A DNA stretch of 63,218 nucleotides, filler included, from Basidiobolus ranarum (GCA_040143965.1; 25 parts of 25 records of this genome joined end to end with filler, not necessarily neighbours in it); one strand, 5' to 3'. Shown: positions 37,960 through 50,599, numbered from the whole stretch's first letter. Translations and numbers: made by a program. Notes: generated by a model not told the origin, from the letters alone.

Positions 37960-39952
37960 NNNNNNNNNNNNNNNNNNNNNNNNNNNNNNNNNNNNNNNNN
38001 NNNTTAATTAATTAANNNNNNNNNNNNNNNNNNNNNNNNNNNNNNNNNNNNNNNNNNNNATTGGGATACATTGGTGTTGATACCGGCTTGCTATTCTCCA
38101 TGTTGAAGCAGTTTAGGATATGTAGGATGTATTTAGACTGATTCAGCATAATTTCCTGATTGGGTTCATCTCTCTTGATTTGGATTCCAAGAAAATAACT
38201 TTATTCACCCATATCAGTCATCTGAAATTGGTTTGATCAGCTGCTTTTTGTCTTATTAAGAGCTTCTAGATCATTAGGGGCTGTGATTAAGTCATCCACA
38301 TATAGTGCCAAGATAAGCATCCTATTTCCGGTTTTTTTGATGTAAATACTGTGATCTGCTGTGCATTTTTGGAATTCCAGAGATTCCAAATAGGTGTCTG
38401 TCTTGTTGTACCATGCTCTGGGCACTTGCTTGAGTCCATAGAGTGATTTTTACAGTTTACAGACCATATCAGGATGTAATGGGTCAACAGATCCATCTGG
38501 TTGCTTTGTATAGATCTCTTCTTCTAGATTTCCAGTCAGAAAGGCTGCTTTAAGACCCATTTGATGCAGATCAAGGTTATGGATGGCTGAGAGTGCCAGG
38601 GTTGATCTAATGGAGCTAAACTTAGCTACTGGAGAAATGGTTTCATTGAAATCAACTCCTGGAGTCTGGGAATAGCCCTTTGCAACTAATCTTGCTTTGT
38701 ACCTTTGCGGGGTTCCATCAGCTTGGTTTTTGACTTTGTAGACTCATTTGCAACCTATTGGCTTTCTTCCGAATGAAAGAGGACTTAAAACCCATGTTTT
38801 ATTGTCCTGAAGTGAAGAATACTCCTCTGATCATGCTTTTTCCCATAAATTTGAATCTGGACACTCCAGAGCTTGATCTAGAGTCTGTGGCTTGTCACAG
38901 AAGGCTGCATAAGCATATACATCATTGTTGGAGGTGTTGCACCAGTTTCCTGGCTTATTTCTCCTTCTGGATGATCATCTGGGACATGAATCATCCTTTG
39001 ATGTAATTCAGACTGAAATTTTGGTTGAATAGGGCTCAGATATAGCTGGAACTTTATCAGACACTTCCTGAATAGTGCTGATTGTGTTTTCTGGATCAAG
39101 AACAGTAATTTGAGGTGAAAAATTTGCTTTTTGATCAAAAATCACATCTCTGCACTTGATTAACTTCTGATTTTTGGTATCAAACAGTCTGTAGGCCTTG
39201 AATCCATCACAGTAGCCAGCAAATATGCATTTTCTGCCTTTCGGTTCCAATTTTGAGTGTTTTTGAGCAGGAATTAGGCAATATGCTGGGCAACCAAAGA
39301 TCCTGAGATGATCCACGCTTGGTTTTGATCTATACAGGGCTTCAAATTGAGTAGAAATTTGTAGCAATCTTGTTGGGCATCTGTTTTTGATATAGACTGC
39401 AGTGAAGACAAATTCCGGCCAATATTGGTAATCTAACTTTTGATCATGTAATATTGATCTTGCCATCTCCACTATGATCCAATTAGCACATTCTGCAACT
39501 CTATTTTGCTGTGGAGTATAAAGTACAGTAGCTTGTTGCTTAATTCCATGTTTAGAGTCAGAACTAGCAAAGTCTTTAGAGCAGCATTCTCCACCATTAT
39601 CACTCCTTAGTACCCTTATTTTTTGTGCTGCTTCTTTCTCTACCATTGCTTTGAGTGCTTGAACATAACTAAAGCTTCAGATTTAGATTAAGAAAGAACA
39701 CCCATGTATATGTTGTTTCGTCATCAATAAAGTCCATAAAGTTCCTTTTCCCACACAGTGAGACATATTCATGTGCCCACATAGGTCAGAATGAAGCAGG
39801 GAAATATTCTGAGTAGATTTAATCTCTCTAGAGCTTGAAAACAGCTTTCTGTGCTGTTTTCCATATATGCAACCTTCACACAGATCCAATTTAGTGCTAT
39901 TTCCAATTTCCAAGCCTGAAACAAGCTGATTTTGGATCATTTGGGTCAGTTT

Positions 39953-40234
39953 TGTTGAAATTATTTAGGGAGAAATATTGGTCTGGCCAGGAATTGAACC
40001 TGGGACCTCCTTCACTCTAGCAAGATGCTCTAACCACTGAGCTACCAGTCCTTGTATGCTATGGCTCTATTGCTAGGGAACCTTAACCTAGTCTGTCAAT
40101 GTATGGTACTTTGGCATTTCAGCTTTACAAGCAACTGATTGGCCATAGACTTTGTGTTCAGATGCAGTCACCATACTCAATATTTTCCTCTTTGAGAATT
40201 ACTGCTTGTACCACAAGTCACCAGACTTTGAACA
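39953..40234 (-). mobile_element. Solo LTR-C (282 bp) containing a tRNA-like cassette; TSD AGTTT
   Basis: TGTTGAAA...TTTGAACA flanked by AGTTT (39948-39952, 40235-40239); second copy at 51892-52173. Confidence 0.88.
39979..40051 (-). ncRNA. tRNA-like sequence within LTR-C (probably not a translational tRNA)
   Basis: GGACTGG TA GCTC AGTGGTTA GAGC A TCTTG CTAGAGT GAAGG AGGTC CCAGG TTCAATT CCTGG CCAGACC A: cloverleaf with A and B boxes and an imperfect anticodon arm. Confidence 0.8.
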
Positions 40235-40638
40235 AGTTTTTGCTTCCCAATATGTCCTAGTCTTCTATGACATGTTTGACAATGTATTTCACCAGCTTTA
40301 GCCAAGTTCGCATGCTCAGAATGCAATTTGGTGATTTCTAGCTTGTATAAGTTTTTAATTTTGAGCCAAGTAGCGAATTTGGTATTATTCTGATCGGTGA
40401 TAGTTATCCAGCCTTAGTGAACAAGAAATTTAGTCCTTGAGCAGTTGCTTGGCTTACTGAGAGTAGATTCTTGGCTACATTTGGTACATNNNNNNNNNNN
40501 NNNNNNNNNNNNNNNNNNNNNNNNNNNNNNNNNTTAATTAATTAANNNNNNNNNNNNNNNNNNNNNNNNNNNNNNNNNNNNNNNNNNNNTTTAACTTTTA
40601 ATCTTGCCTTTTGTCTAATCTATTACTCTCATACAAAG

Positions 40639-43017
40639 ACTAAGTTCCTCCCTTTAAATGACTCTTCCGATGAATCAGAAGAAATTGAAAAAGATACATA
40701 CGAAACACAAGTACGTTTCTCCCTCCAACTTAATCTCACGAGAAATTTTGTCATTTGATATTGCTACAGAAAACCATATTTATGTATTATTTACTTTAAA
40801 GATCGAGCAATGTTTAGAACTTTATCAAAAAGCATTAAGGTTTCAACAAAAGAAGCGAACTGAAGAAGCAGAAGCATTGTATCACAAATTAACTGAATAT
40901 GATGTGATAAAGACTCCCAATCAAACTTCTATTAATGTAAGTTACATTAGCCTCTTTGGAGACGAATATTTTTCGTTCACTTTCTTATTTTATAAATTCC
41001 ACTCTTCATTTAGCCTGAAAAACATCCCAATGAAGTTAAAACAAACACCCGAAGACAAGCCTATACTCAATCTATTTTACAATTTGCTATATACAAAAAT
41101 TATGCTTCTTTACTGATGAAAAATCAAGAACCGATTGGGCAACTAGATCGCGACCAAAAGATACTCGAATACTATTTTAAAGTAATGCTTGTCTTAGTTT
41201 TACACCAACTCAGTTGAATCTTATTAAGTTCATTTATCCATTATTAGGCGCTTGAAATCGATCCTTCTGACAGCGAGATATGGTTACATGTAGGCCAAAT
41301 CGCTCTGAAAAAACAAAACTCTCGACTGGCTCGTCATGCATTTGAGAAAGGAGTTAGTGGAGGTTCGAATATGTCCAGTGAAGATACATTCGAGTCTTTA
41401 AGGCCGACGCAATGGAGGTGCTTAGATGGATTGTGTGAGGTAAATACGAGTGTTGCAGTATTTGTTCTCTAGACACACATTAATTCTTTATAGATCCTTT
41501 ATAATATTGGGGACTTCATAACATGTCTTAAATACTTGGAAAAGATTCTAAAAGTATATCCTGATCATGAGCGCGCACTCGGTCTTCGTAAAGTAATTCT
41601 TGAACAGAATTTTGGCCATCGAAGTTTATTACACAGGTTAGAATACCAGTGGATTCCTCAAACCTAAGATTGTCACTAATAATTTGATGAAGACCTTATA
41701 TGTTTGAAGACACCTCCATTGCTGGCTTAGAGTTTGATAATCCTCAAGATATGCAATGGGCCGCTGTGGAGCCTACTAAGCGAAGCCCATTCATTTCAGG
41801 TAAATATTCCACGATTGTTGATTCCACCACTTCTGATATTAATATTTGGTAGATCTCTACAACGAGGCATCTCCCGAGCCAGCCAAATTTATTTTGAAGC
41901 AGAAGAGCTGGGAAGCACTTGGAAGCCTACTACTTGAAATACACGAGCACGTTCAAAAAGGGTTTGTTGCACTTACTAGATTGATAATTGTCTTAACATT
42001 GCTTCTAAACTTCTTCAAAGATACGATCCCATTTCCCTTCCAAATTCTGGGAATTCCATAGATGTCGAATACAAAATCATTCATCGAAGAATTAAGATTA
42101 TTCTAGAGGATGAAAACCTCGATCAGGAGACAGCTACTACTGCTGCTTCTGATATTGTTAAAAAAGAAGAGCCCGAGACTGAGACGATGCCCCCAAACAA
42201 TGCAAAAGATTCAGTGAATTCGGAGGAAACAGTAGCACCCACAACGCTAGAATCGACCCCGGTCCCTAGCGATAAGAAAGAGAAATCCACTGAGAAAACG
42301 AAGGAATCCAACTCAAAGCGGAAAAGAGAAAAAGAGGACTGGGATGACTTTGCTGAAAGAAAATCCACCCGACTACGTCAAAAATCCGTCACTGTACAGC
42401 CAGAAACAAAGAGAAAACAGCAAGAGGGGATCATTATGGAACAAATTGAAAAACTACTTTCTTTAATCGATTGGCGTTTTTCAGAATACACTAAAGACGC
42501 CAAAAAAGTATCTGCTTACCTCGGCTTACCCGACGAAAAGGTATCCAATTTTGTAAAAGAGTTCCCTAAAGAAATCTTCAACATGAAGGACGATCAAGCA
42601 TCAGTTTCAGTGACTAATGAGCCATCAAAGTAATCTGTCATCAATATATCTTCGCTGTATCCAGTGATTAACCAGTTCTTTAGGCCTGAACCTATTGTGA
42701 TCGATCTCGAGGAGGAAGTGACCGAGATTGAGGCAGATCCTTTCTTCTGTGATATGGATCTACTTACTAGCTTCATCGAGGAAGAGAATGAAGCCAACTC
42801 TGGAATCCTCGATTTTTGCTGTCACTTTGTTTGTAAATTAATATTAGGCGCTGACCGAGACCACCTAGACAGGTACGCGTGGAAGCATCGATGGTCTTCG
42901 GGAATGTCGGAAGTTCTGTTTCTGATGATTCAACAGCTTGATTCCAATTTTCTAGAGATCGGTCGATTCATTTACTTTGTTATGTCCGCTTCGAATTGTA
43001 GAGAAAAGTGCCCAAAT
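40639..43017 (+). CDS. HIR3: Histone transcription regulator 3 / Cabin1 homologue, N-terminal exons
   Basis: Spliced TKFLPLND..., IEQCLELYQKALRFQQ, YKNYASL, ALEIDPSDSEIW, SRLARHAFEKG and WRCLDGLCEILYNIGD (TPR-like); several short introns. Confidence 0.8.
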
Positions 43018-43117
43018 NNNNNNNNNNNNNNNNNNNNNNNNNNNNNNNNNNNNNNNNNNNNTTAATTAATTAANNNNNNNNNNNNNNNNNNNNNNNNNNN
43101 NNNNNNNNNNNNNNNNN

Positions 43118-43658
43118 CTTTGTTAGGGAAGCTATTGAGAATAAGCACATCCAACTGCAGTACTGTTCAACTGAGGACATGCTTGCTGACACCCTTACCA
43201 AACCATTACCCAAGCCAAAATTTGAAGAATTAAGATTTAATTTATGATTAAGGTATATGAATATTTAGTTGAGTGGGAGTGTTGAAGTTTATTGTCTTTA
43301 TCATATTTGTTATCTCTATCTCTATACACCTAACTATTTCATATATCACATGTAGGTTAGTCAACATTACTTAGTCAAATAGAACTAAGCTGAAAATTGG
43401 AACATATATTATATTTATATGTGAATAATGTGAGAATTAGCAATTCCATGTTGGAAATTTCAAACTCATCCAAGTTGCCCCAAAGATAGCTCATTTTACT
43501 CCCACAGATATTCTGAACACAACCCCTGTGTTAGTTTTCTGTATTTCCACCAAAATGTATAAGAGCTTTGTTTCTGGACAATAAATAATTATGTCACAAA
43601 CATATTTCACAACTCCACTTTTCTAAAGTTCCTCCAAACAGCCCATATCTTCCCAATA
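43118..43658 (+). mobile_element. Copia-B 3' end: RNase H, PPT and LTR-B (43280-43658)
   Basis: EDMLADTLTKPL; GAGTGGGAG followed by TGTTGAAG...CCCAATA. Confidence 0.9.
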
Positions 43659-44365
43659 GTATTTTTCAAAGTGTGGAAACTGGCCCCAAGCTTAAAGTCA
43701 CACAAAAAGCCTCACAAACATCACTAAGCACCCTCATTAGTGTCACACTACAAGGATGTACTAAAATAGTCAAAGTGCTTGAGGAGTATTTTCAAAAGTA
43801 TGAAGGAAAAAACGCAATGCAAGTATGCACAGAGTGGCTTCAGAAGGAGGACATTCAACTTGAAATTCCATCTGGTGTTCACCATGTAGATATCTGGGAA
43901 GAACTTAATAGAGAGTGGTATATTATTGCACGATATCCACCAGATAGCTGGAAGAATGTAAATTCCGCAATGTTATTACAATGGTGTGCTTTGAAGGGGA
44001 TATTGATACAAACTTGTGCTGGATGTGAGCTAAACCTTGGGTATGAATAACTCTATAAAAATATGCAGGAGAATATATCAAAGAAGCTAGGGATTGCAAA
44101 GGTGACAAATTAGCACTCAAGTGGTAGATATGTAAAGTTTGTGTTATGTTTTTTACACATGTGTTGATCCATAGTTTTTCAAGATTATAGCCAATTGTGT
44201 GCAACTATTTTGGGAGATCTTGAAATTTCACTCCTGCAACTGAAAAAATTGATTAAAATCAAATCTAACTTGATGATTTTATCATGGTAAGTAAATGGTC
44301 AATCAAAAATGGATTAAATTTGTGATGGTTTTCTAATGATAACAATCCTCATATTTCTGTTAGAG
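43659..44365 (+). mobile_element. CMC ORF2 3' part and left end (...ATTTCTGTTAGAG)
   Basis: VTLQGCTKIVKVLEEYFQKYEGK...DIWEELNREW; homologous to 8940-9640. Confidence 0.8.
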
Positions 44366-44369
44366 TATA

Positions 44370-44794
44370 CTTATCAGAGCTGTTTCTGATCTGTTATGAT
44401 CTCCTGGTTTGGGACAAAGAAACTACAACTACTGGCATTGTATCAGGCACTTTTGTAGTCATAGTTTTGGTTGAAGGGTCCACAAGAATGCTATTTTCTT
44501 CATTACTTTGGTTCAAATCAATTGGAATGATAGGATCAGGAGAAAATTGTTGTTTGTCATCATCAGAGATCATTTTGGGTGAAAATTTTCCATTTTCATT
44601 TAATAAAACATCCCTGAACTTGATTAACTTTGAAATTTTGGTATCACAGAGTTTGTAGATCTTAGTTTGAGTACAAAATCCTAAAATATGCATTTCTTAC
44701 TTTTTGGATCAAATTTAGACCAATTTTTGGTCACAATTTTAACATAAGCAATGCATCCAAAGAACCTCAAATGTTTTACCTCAGGTTTAACTCC
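44370..44794 (-). mobile_element. Copia integrase C-terminal (SH3-like) fragment
   Basis: LRFFGCIAY, KFDPK and KLIKFRDVLLNE motifs. Confidence 0.75.
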
Positions 44795-45089
44795 TGTTGG
44801 ATAATTAATCTTTACTCAACAATGTGGTTAACTTTAGTTTTGATACATATATCAGAAACAGAAAGCAATGTATCTGTAGCCCCTATATTCAAAATAGGAA
44901 TATCTCTATATCTATATAACAAGTATGTCTTATTACCCCCACTTATCTATTATATCTTGTTACACAAACTCCTGAATATCTCAAACAATTGATTTACTTT
45001 TCTACTATATAAGTCACCATATACTCTTAAAAATAAAGTAACTCAAACACACTATCATAAGTGGCTTCTAATACTCAAAGTCTACCCCC

Positions 45090-45545
45090 ATGATGTCAAG
45101 ATTCTCCAACATGGTAGCAGCAAGCAAATTAGAGTCTTCTTCCCAAAAGGAGAATACTAATATTACAACATTCAATGGGAAAAATTTCCAGGAATGGAAA
45201 TTCAAGATGCAACTTGTGCTTGAAGGGAAACATGTCTGGGAAGTAGTTCAACCAGAAGAAGAAGAAACTTCTGAAGAAGAAAGTACAGATTCTGACACTG
45301 AAACAAATAAGCCAACACATAAAGAAGCCAGGGCAGCCTTCAGAGAAAAAGACAGATTGGCATTTAGGGAAATATGTCTAAGACTGGGATCACAACAACT
45401 TATGCTAGTCAGAGATGCTGACTCTGCCAAGAACCCATGGGACATCCTAGTCAAACATCATGAGCAAAAAGTGCTTACTCACTTGATGATTTTATGAAGA
45501 AGATTCTTAAACTGTGGCATGGCTGAGGATTTAGATATTATGACA
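45090..45545 (+). mobile_element. gag of a further Copia family
   Basis: FNGKNFQEWKFKMQLVLEGKHVWEVV...KDRLAFREICL; distinct from gag A and gag B. Confidence 0.8.
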
Positions 45546-45646
45546 NNNNNNNNNNNNNNNNNNNNNNNNNNNNNNNNNNNNNNNNNNNNTTAATTAATTA
45601 ANNNNNNNNNNNNNNNNNNNNNNNNNNNNNNNNNNNNNNNNNNNNT

Positions 45647-45868
<222 letters not shown>

Positions 45869-47079
45869 ATACTTGTCATCTTATTCCTTCTTATTACAAT
45901 AAACCCCTTGCACATACTTTAAACCAACTAACCGAAATACCGAATCTAATTGTGAACCGAGTTGATTTCCATCGGTTTGTCACGGAGCGGGATTTAAATT
46001 TATCCAGATTTCTTCCTCATCTGTTAATCAAATCCAATTTAGTTTTTACTTTGTAATATGTTCAATCACTTCCAGAACATTGTCTTAACAGTACGGGAAT
46101 AAAATATTGCGATCGGTAAATCCCATTAAAGGTCATTGCTTAGGCTAGGCCGTAATAGCTTATAGTGGTAAGAGAGATGTGAGGTAGCATGTTGGATAAG
46201 TTGTAGCAATAGTGAAAGCTGAATAATGAAATTCTGGTAAGCAATGATTACCATATCATGCACACAGGGTATCACTCTCATCTGTATCAAGCACTATCGG
46301 TCGGTTGCTTAGGGTTTGTACAGGGGAATATTAATATGTTCATGATCAAGTTCATCTTTATTATAACCAAGTGGGACTCCCATACAGCACATTCTCTGTG
46401 GTTGCAATACATACTTGTAGCATGCAAATATATTCCATGGATTATTACTGGCATGTTTTTGTGAGCAACTGTGCTTGATCCTTACTATTACAAACAGTTA
46501 ACTTTTTTTCCGTCCTGATTCAAACAAGGATTGCATGGGATGTTGTCATTATTTTCTATCTATATTCTTGTTCCATTACAATAGGGTTGATGAATCTCAA
46601 ATCCTAATAATAGAGTGAAATTGGTAGAAACAGATATGTCCTGTCAGTGTAAGTCAGTGTTTTTTGTTAACACCAATCAAATTTCTCAGGATCAATCAAT
46701 TATGGCCAAAAGTCAACCACATTTCCAGAAGTTCCATAAATTAAATGTTTTCATATAGACAACCACTATATACTTCATGTATGTAGCCAAGATGCTATTT
46801 CTCAGCAATTACAACTTAGAAAGAGATCCCCAAGGTAATTTCTTCCTGTAGAAGTTGATCAGAAGGATATGTTGTAGTAGTCTTGTTTTGTGTTCCTGTA
46901 TATTGGCAAGCAAAGACATTGAAATGAGCTCTCTTCATGGAGACATCTCTAACAACTTCATGGATTGTGCTCAAGATGATAAATGAATGAGACTGTATCT
47001 TGATTTGTTCCATCAGTTTTTATTTAGTAACTATTGTGCATCAACATATAAAATAGAATAAATTAAACTATCTCTTTTC

Positions 47080-47332
47080 TGGTTAAGTATTTGGGAGCCT
47101 GTTGGAAGTGGTTTGGAGAATTAGAGAAACTGGAGGTTTTGACTTATGGATTTATTGAGTTGAGAGTTGACATTTATAGTTTCTTAAAGGTGTAAGCAAG
47201 CAAACACTTAGAATGTGTTAAGAAAGGTCCCAGGAACATGTGTGCAAAGTTTGGGGCTCAGCACAAGTTTGAAAATCTATATATCTGAGAACTTCAAAGT
47301 AGGTAAAAATATTCTAAGTAAGTTCTGATTGG
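47080..47332 (-). repeat. Partial LTR-A
   Basis: Matches 1-240. Confidence 0.82.
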
Positions 47333-47869
47333 GTACACAGTCTATCAAGCTATCAGATATATTCTGTTGAATAGAGCCCACTTCAATGTATCTTTATTTA
47401 TGATCATAACATAAACAAAACTTGCCTCTTTCAATTTTCATTTCTGATTTGGACATTTTGTTTCACAAACATATAGTAGCCCATAGGAATGTTAAGGGAA
47501 GATGTTACTTTCAGTCACTTCCAATACATTATATGCTGAGAAACAGTACTTCCTCTATATAAGCAAAGCTATAATAGTGGTCAATATGAAAAAGATTTAT
47601 AGGATAGTATTCTTCTAATATGGTGAGCTCCTATCCATGTTTGATAGTACACATAGTTCATATAAAACATGCAATAATAATGACCAAAACTACAATGTAA
47701 GCAGTTTGAGTCTTATGAGATATAGCGTTTGGAAATATAATCATAAATATAAAATTTTAGTGCAAAAAAATGCTGAGCTCAAAACCAATTCACTTACTGT
47801 AATGAATATAAATGTGTGTAATATCACCAAGGTTGTAAAATTGCTTTCATAATATCATAGACTGCTCCT

Positions 47870-48072
47870 TGTTGATATTGGCATTGCTAAGCACCTATAT
47901 AGTCATATATGTTGAAATTAGCATTGCCTAAACACCTATATAGTCATATATAACTTAGTAATTAGTTATCTTATAACTCACTAAGATATTATCAATTATT
48001 CTCAATCGGAATTTACTTAGAATATTTTTACCAACTTAGAAGTTCTCAGATATATAGATTTTTCAAACTTGT
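47870..48072 (+). repeat. LTR-A start with a second LTR-A start about 40 bp later
   Basis: TGTTGATATTGGCATTGC... followed by TGTTGAAATTAGCATTGCC. Confidence 0.8.
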
Positions 48073-48201
48073 NNNNNNNNNNNNNNNNNNNNNNNNNNNN
48101 NNNNNNNNNNNNNNNNTTAATTAATTAANNNNNNNNNNNNNNNNNNNNNNNNNNNNNNNNNNNNNNNNNNNNAATTGTGGCTAATTAGGTAGGCTACCAG
48201 A

Positions 48202-48273
48202 GCCTGCTTAGCACAGTGGCAGTGCATCTGTCTTGTAAACTGAAGGTTGCCAGCTCAATCCCAGTAGTAGGTG
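48202..48273 (+). pseudogene. tRNA-Thr(UGU) pseudogene
   Basis: GCCTGCT TA GCAC AGTGGCA GTGC A TCTGT CTTGTAA ACTGA AGGTT GCCAG CTCAATC CCAGT AGTAGGT G, then TTTTT; damaged T-loop and stems. Confidence 0.75.
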
Positions 48274-48580
48274 AGTTTTTAAACAACCATTAGAATTGGT
48301 AAATCATTTGATATTCTGGAGTTTAATGAGTATAAACAAATTAAATCTATTCCTATTTTTACTACTATCAAACTATTGAATCTTTAAATTAATTTCCTGG
48401 AATTAGCATATCTCATGTTTACATTTACCAGATTTGATCATTGTGTTACATTTATTGTTTAGTTTACATTTGTACTTCTGATCACACCTAATAATTGAAA
48501 GTTAGTTTGATACATATTGTTGAGTAAACATTGAATCTGTTTTGTAACTTCCATTTCATGGCTATAAAATACAGATGTTA

Positions 48581-49217
48581 CTTTTAAAGTATTTGGGAGC
48601 CTGTTGGAAGTGGCTTGGAGAATTAGAGGAATTGGTGGCTTTCACTTGTTGACTTATTGAGTAGAAAGTTGACATTTATAGTTTTGTCAAGATGTAAGCA
48701 AATTAACCTGTAGAATGCGTTAAGGGAGGTCCCAGGAGCTGTTGAAATTAGCATTGCCTAAACCCCTATACAGTCATATAGAGCTTAGTACTTAGTTATC
48801 TTATAATTCACTAAGATATTATCCAATATTCTCAATTGCAACTTGGAATATTTTTACCAACATAGAAGTTCTCAGATATGTAGATTTTCAAGCTTGTGCT
48901 AAAAGCCCCAAGCTTTGCACACATGTTCCTAGGACCTTTTTTAACACATTCTACATGTTAGCTTGTTTACATCTTGACAAAGCTACAAATGTCAACTTTC
49001 TACTCAATAAATCAACAAGTGAAAACCACCAATTTCTCTAATTTTCCAAACCACTTCCAACAGGCTCCCAAATGTTAAAAGTAGCATTGCCTAAACACCT
49101 ATATAGACATATACAGCTTAGTACTTAGTTATCTTATAATTCACTAAGATATTATCCATTATTCTTGATTGGAATTTACTTCAAATATTTTTACCAACTT
49201 AGAAGTTCTCAGATATA
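48581..49217. repeat. Three nested LTR-A copies (48581-48739 minus, 48740-49072 plus, 49073-49217 plus)
   Basis: Each matches 524-869 or its reverse complement. Confidence 0.85.
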
Positions 49218-49608
49218 TTAGGGTTTAGGGGCAATGATAAGTACCAGAAGGTGTAATATTTATTGATCAATTTAGACAAAGTCAATACATAAATAAGCCA
49301 AGTGAGAATATAATATTCAAAGAAAAAGTCAAGATGTTGACAGAGCTAAGTTTCCTAGTAAGCTAAGCCTAAGAGTGTCCCAGATGGGATGGAGCCAAGA
49401 GTAAAGTATTCCAGAAAGGATGGGGCCTGAGTAGAGTTTTCCAGCAGGGATAGAGCCAAAAGTAAAGAGTTCCTAGTGAGCTAGGCCTGAGAGTTGCTGA
49501 TAGTCATAAGTTGCTGTAAGCTCAGAGGTAAGAGCTGGGAAGGTGCCTTTAGTTCCTTCCCAAGTAAGCATAAACAGAGTGAGAGTAGTATAGAAATAGA
49601 GAGAGAAG

Positions 49609-50134
49609 TGTTGAAGTTTACTGTCTTGATCATATTTGTTATCTCTATGCTTATACACCTAACTATCTCATATATCACATATAAGTTAGCTAACATTACT
49701 TAGTCAAATATCACTTAGCTGAAAATTGGAACATATATTATATATATATGTGAATAATGTGAGAATTAGCAATTCCATATTGGAAATTTCAAACTTGTCC
49801 AAATTGCCCCAAGAATAGCTCATTTTACTCCTACAGATGTTCTGAACACAACCCCAGTGTTAGTTTTCTGTATTTCTACCAAAATGAATAAATGCTTTAT
49901 TTCTGGACAATAAATAATTATCTCACAAAGCTATTCACAACTCCACTTTTCTACAGTTCCTCCAAACAGCCCATACTTTCCCAATGGGTTATGAGCCCCA
50001 TGTTCTAACCTTTACAGCATGACAGAAACCACCACTACCACTTCTATTAACTCAAGTGTTGAAAAGCTTGATGGAGAAAATTACAATTTCTGGAGGTTCA
50101 AGATGCAAATCATGCTGGAGGACAGGGAGCTTTG
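49609..50134 (+). mobile_element. Copia-B 5' end: LTR-B (49609-49986), PBS (49987-49998) and gag start (50019)
   Basis: MTETTTTTSINSSVEKLDGENYNFWRFKMQIMLEDREL. Confidence 0.9.
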
Positions 50135-50599
50135 TGTTAAGGTATTTGAGAGCCTGTTGGAAGTGGTTTTGAGAAATAGAGAAATTGGTGGTTTTCACTT
50201 ATAGATTTGGTGAGTAGAAAGTTGACATTTTTAATTTTCTCAAGATGTAAACAAACTAATATGTAAAATATGTTAAGGAAGGTCCCAGGAACATGTGTGC
50301 AAAGTTTGGGGCTTCTAGCACAAGTTTGAAAAATCTGTATATCTGAGAACATCTAAGTTGGTAAAAATATTTCAAGTAAATTCCAATTGAGAATAGTAGA
50401 TAATATCTTAGTGAGCTATAAGATAACTAAGTACCAAGTTACATATGACTATATAGGTGTTTAGGCAATGCTAATTTCAACACTCTCCCTCAACTAAATA
50501 ATCATATACGCTAATCCTAATAAACGTCTAAATTTCTCAAATTTCTGGCTAGCTAATGGTTTGATTAATATATCAGCAATCATGTCATCTGTAGAACAA
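50135..50599 (-). mobile_element. Copia-A 3' end (RNase H, PPT, LTR-A 50135-50482) inserted in Copia-B gag
   Basis: DDMIADILIKPLA on the minus strand; PPT reads CTCTCCCTCAACT on the plus strand. Confidence 0.88.

Larger units (their letters stand above)
38060..40489 (-). mobile_element. Copia pol (protease, GAG-pre-integrase, integrase, RT), degenerate, interrupted by LTR-C
   Basis: VPNVAKNLLSV, CEGCIYGKQHR, LLHSDLCG, LRSDNGGE, TPQQNRVAE, LYGLKQ and LALYVDDL in INT-before-RT order. Confidence 0.93.

Noticed and set aside
39979-40051. Functional tRNA-Ser(AGA) or amber suppressor tRNA
   Set aside because: No long variable arm, a broken anticodon stem, CTA is not at the anticodon position, and it is embedded in a mobile LTR.
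44795-45060. Putative LTR upstream of the gag at 45090
   Set aside because: It starts with TGTTGG but I could not fix a 3' end, PBS or second copy.
46148-46180. tRNA-like 5' half (GGCCGTAATAGCTTATAGTGGTAAGAG)
   Set aside because: No anticodon or T arm follows.
49218-49232. Telomere-like TTAGGGTTTAGGGG
   Set aside because: Only two units, internal to nested repeats.
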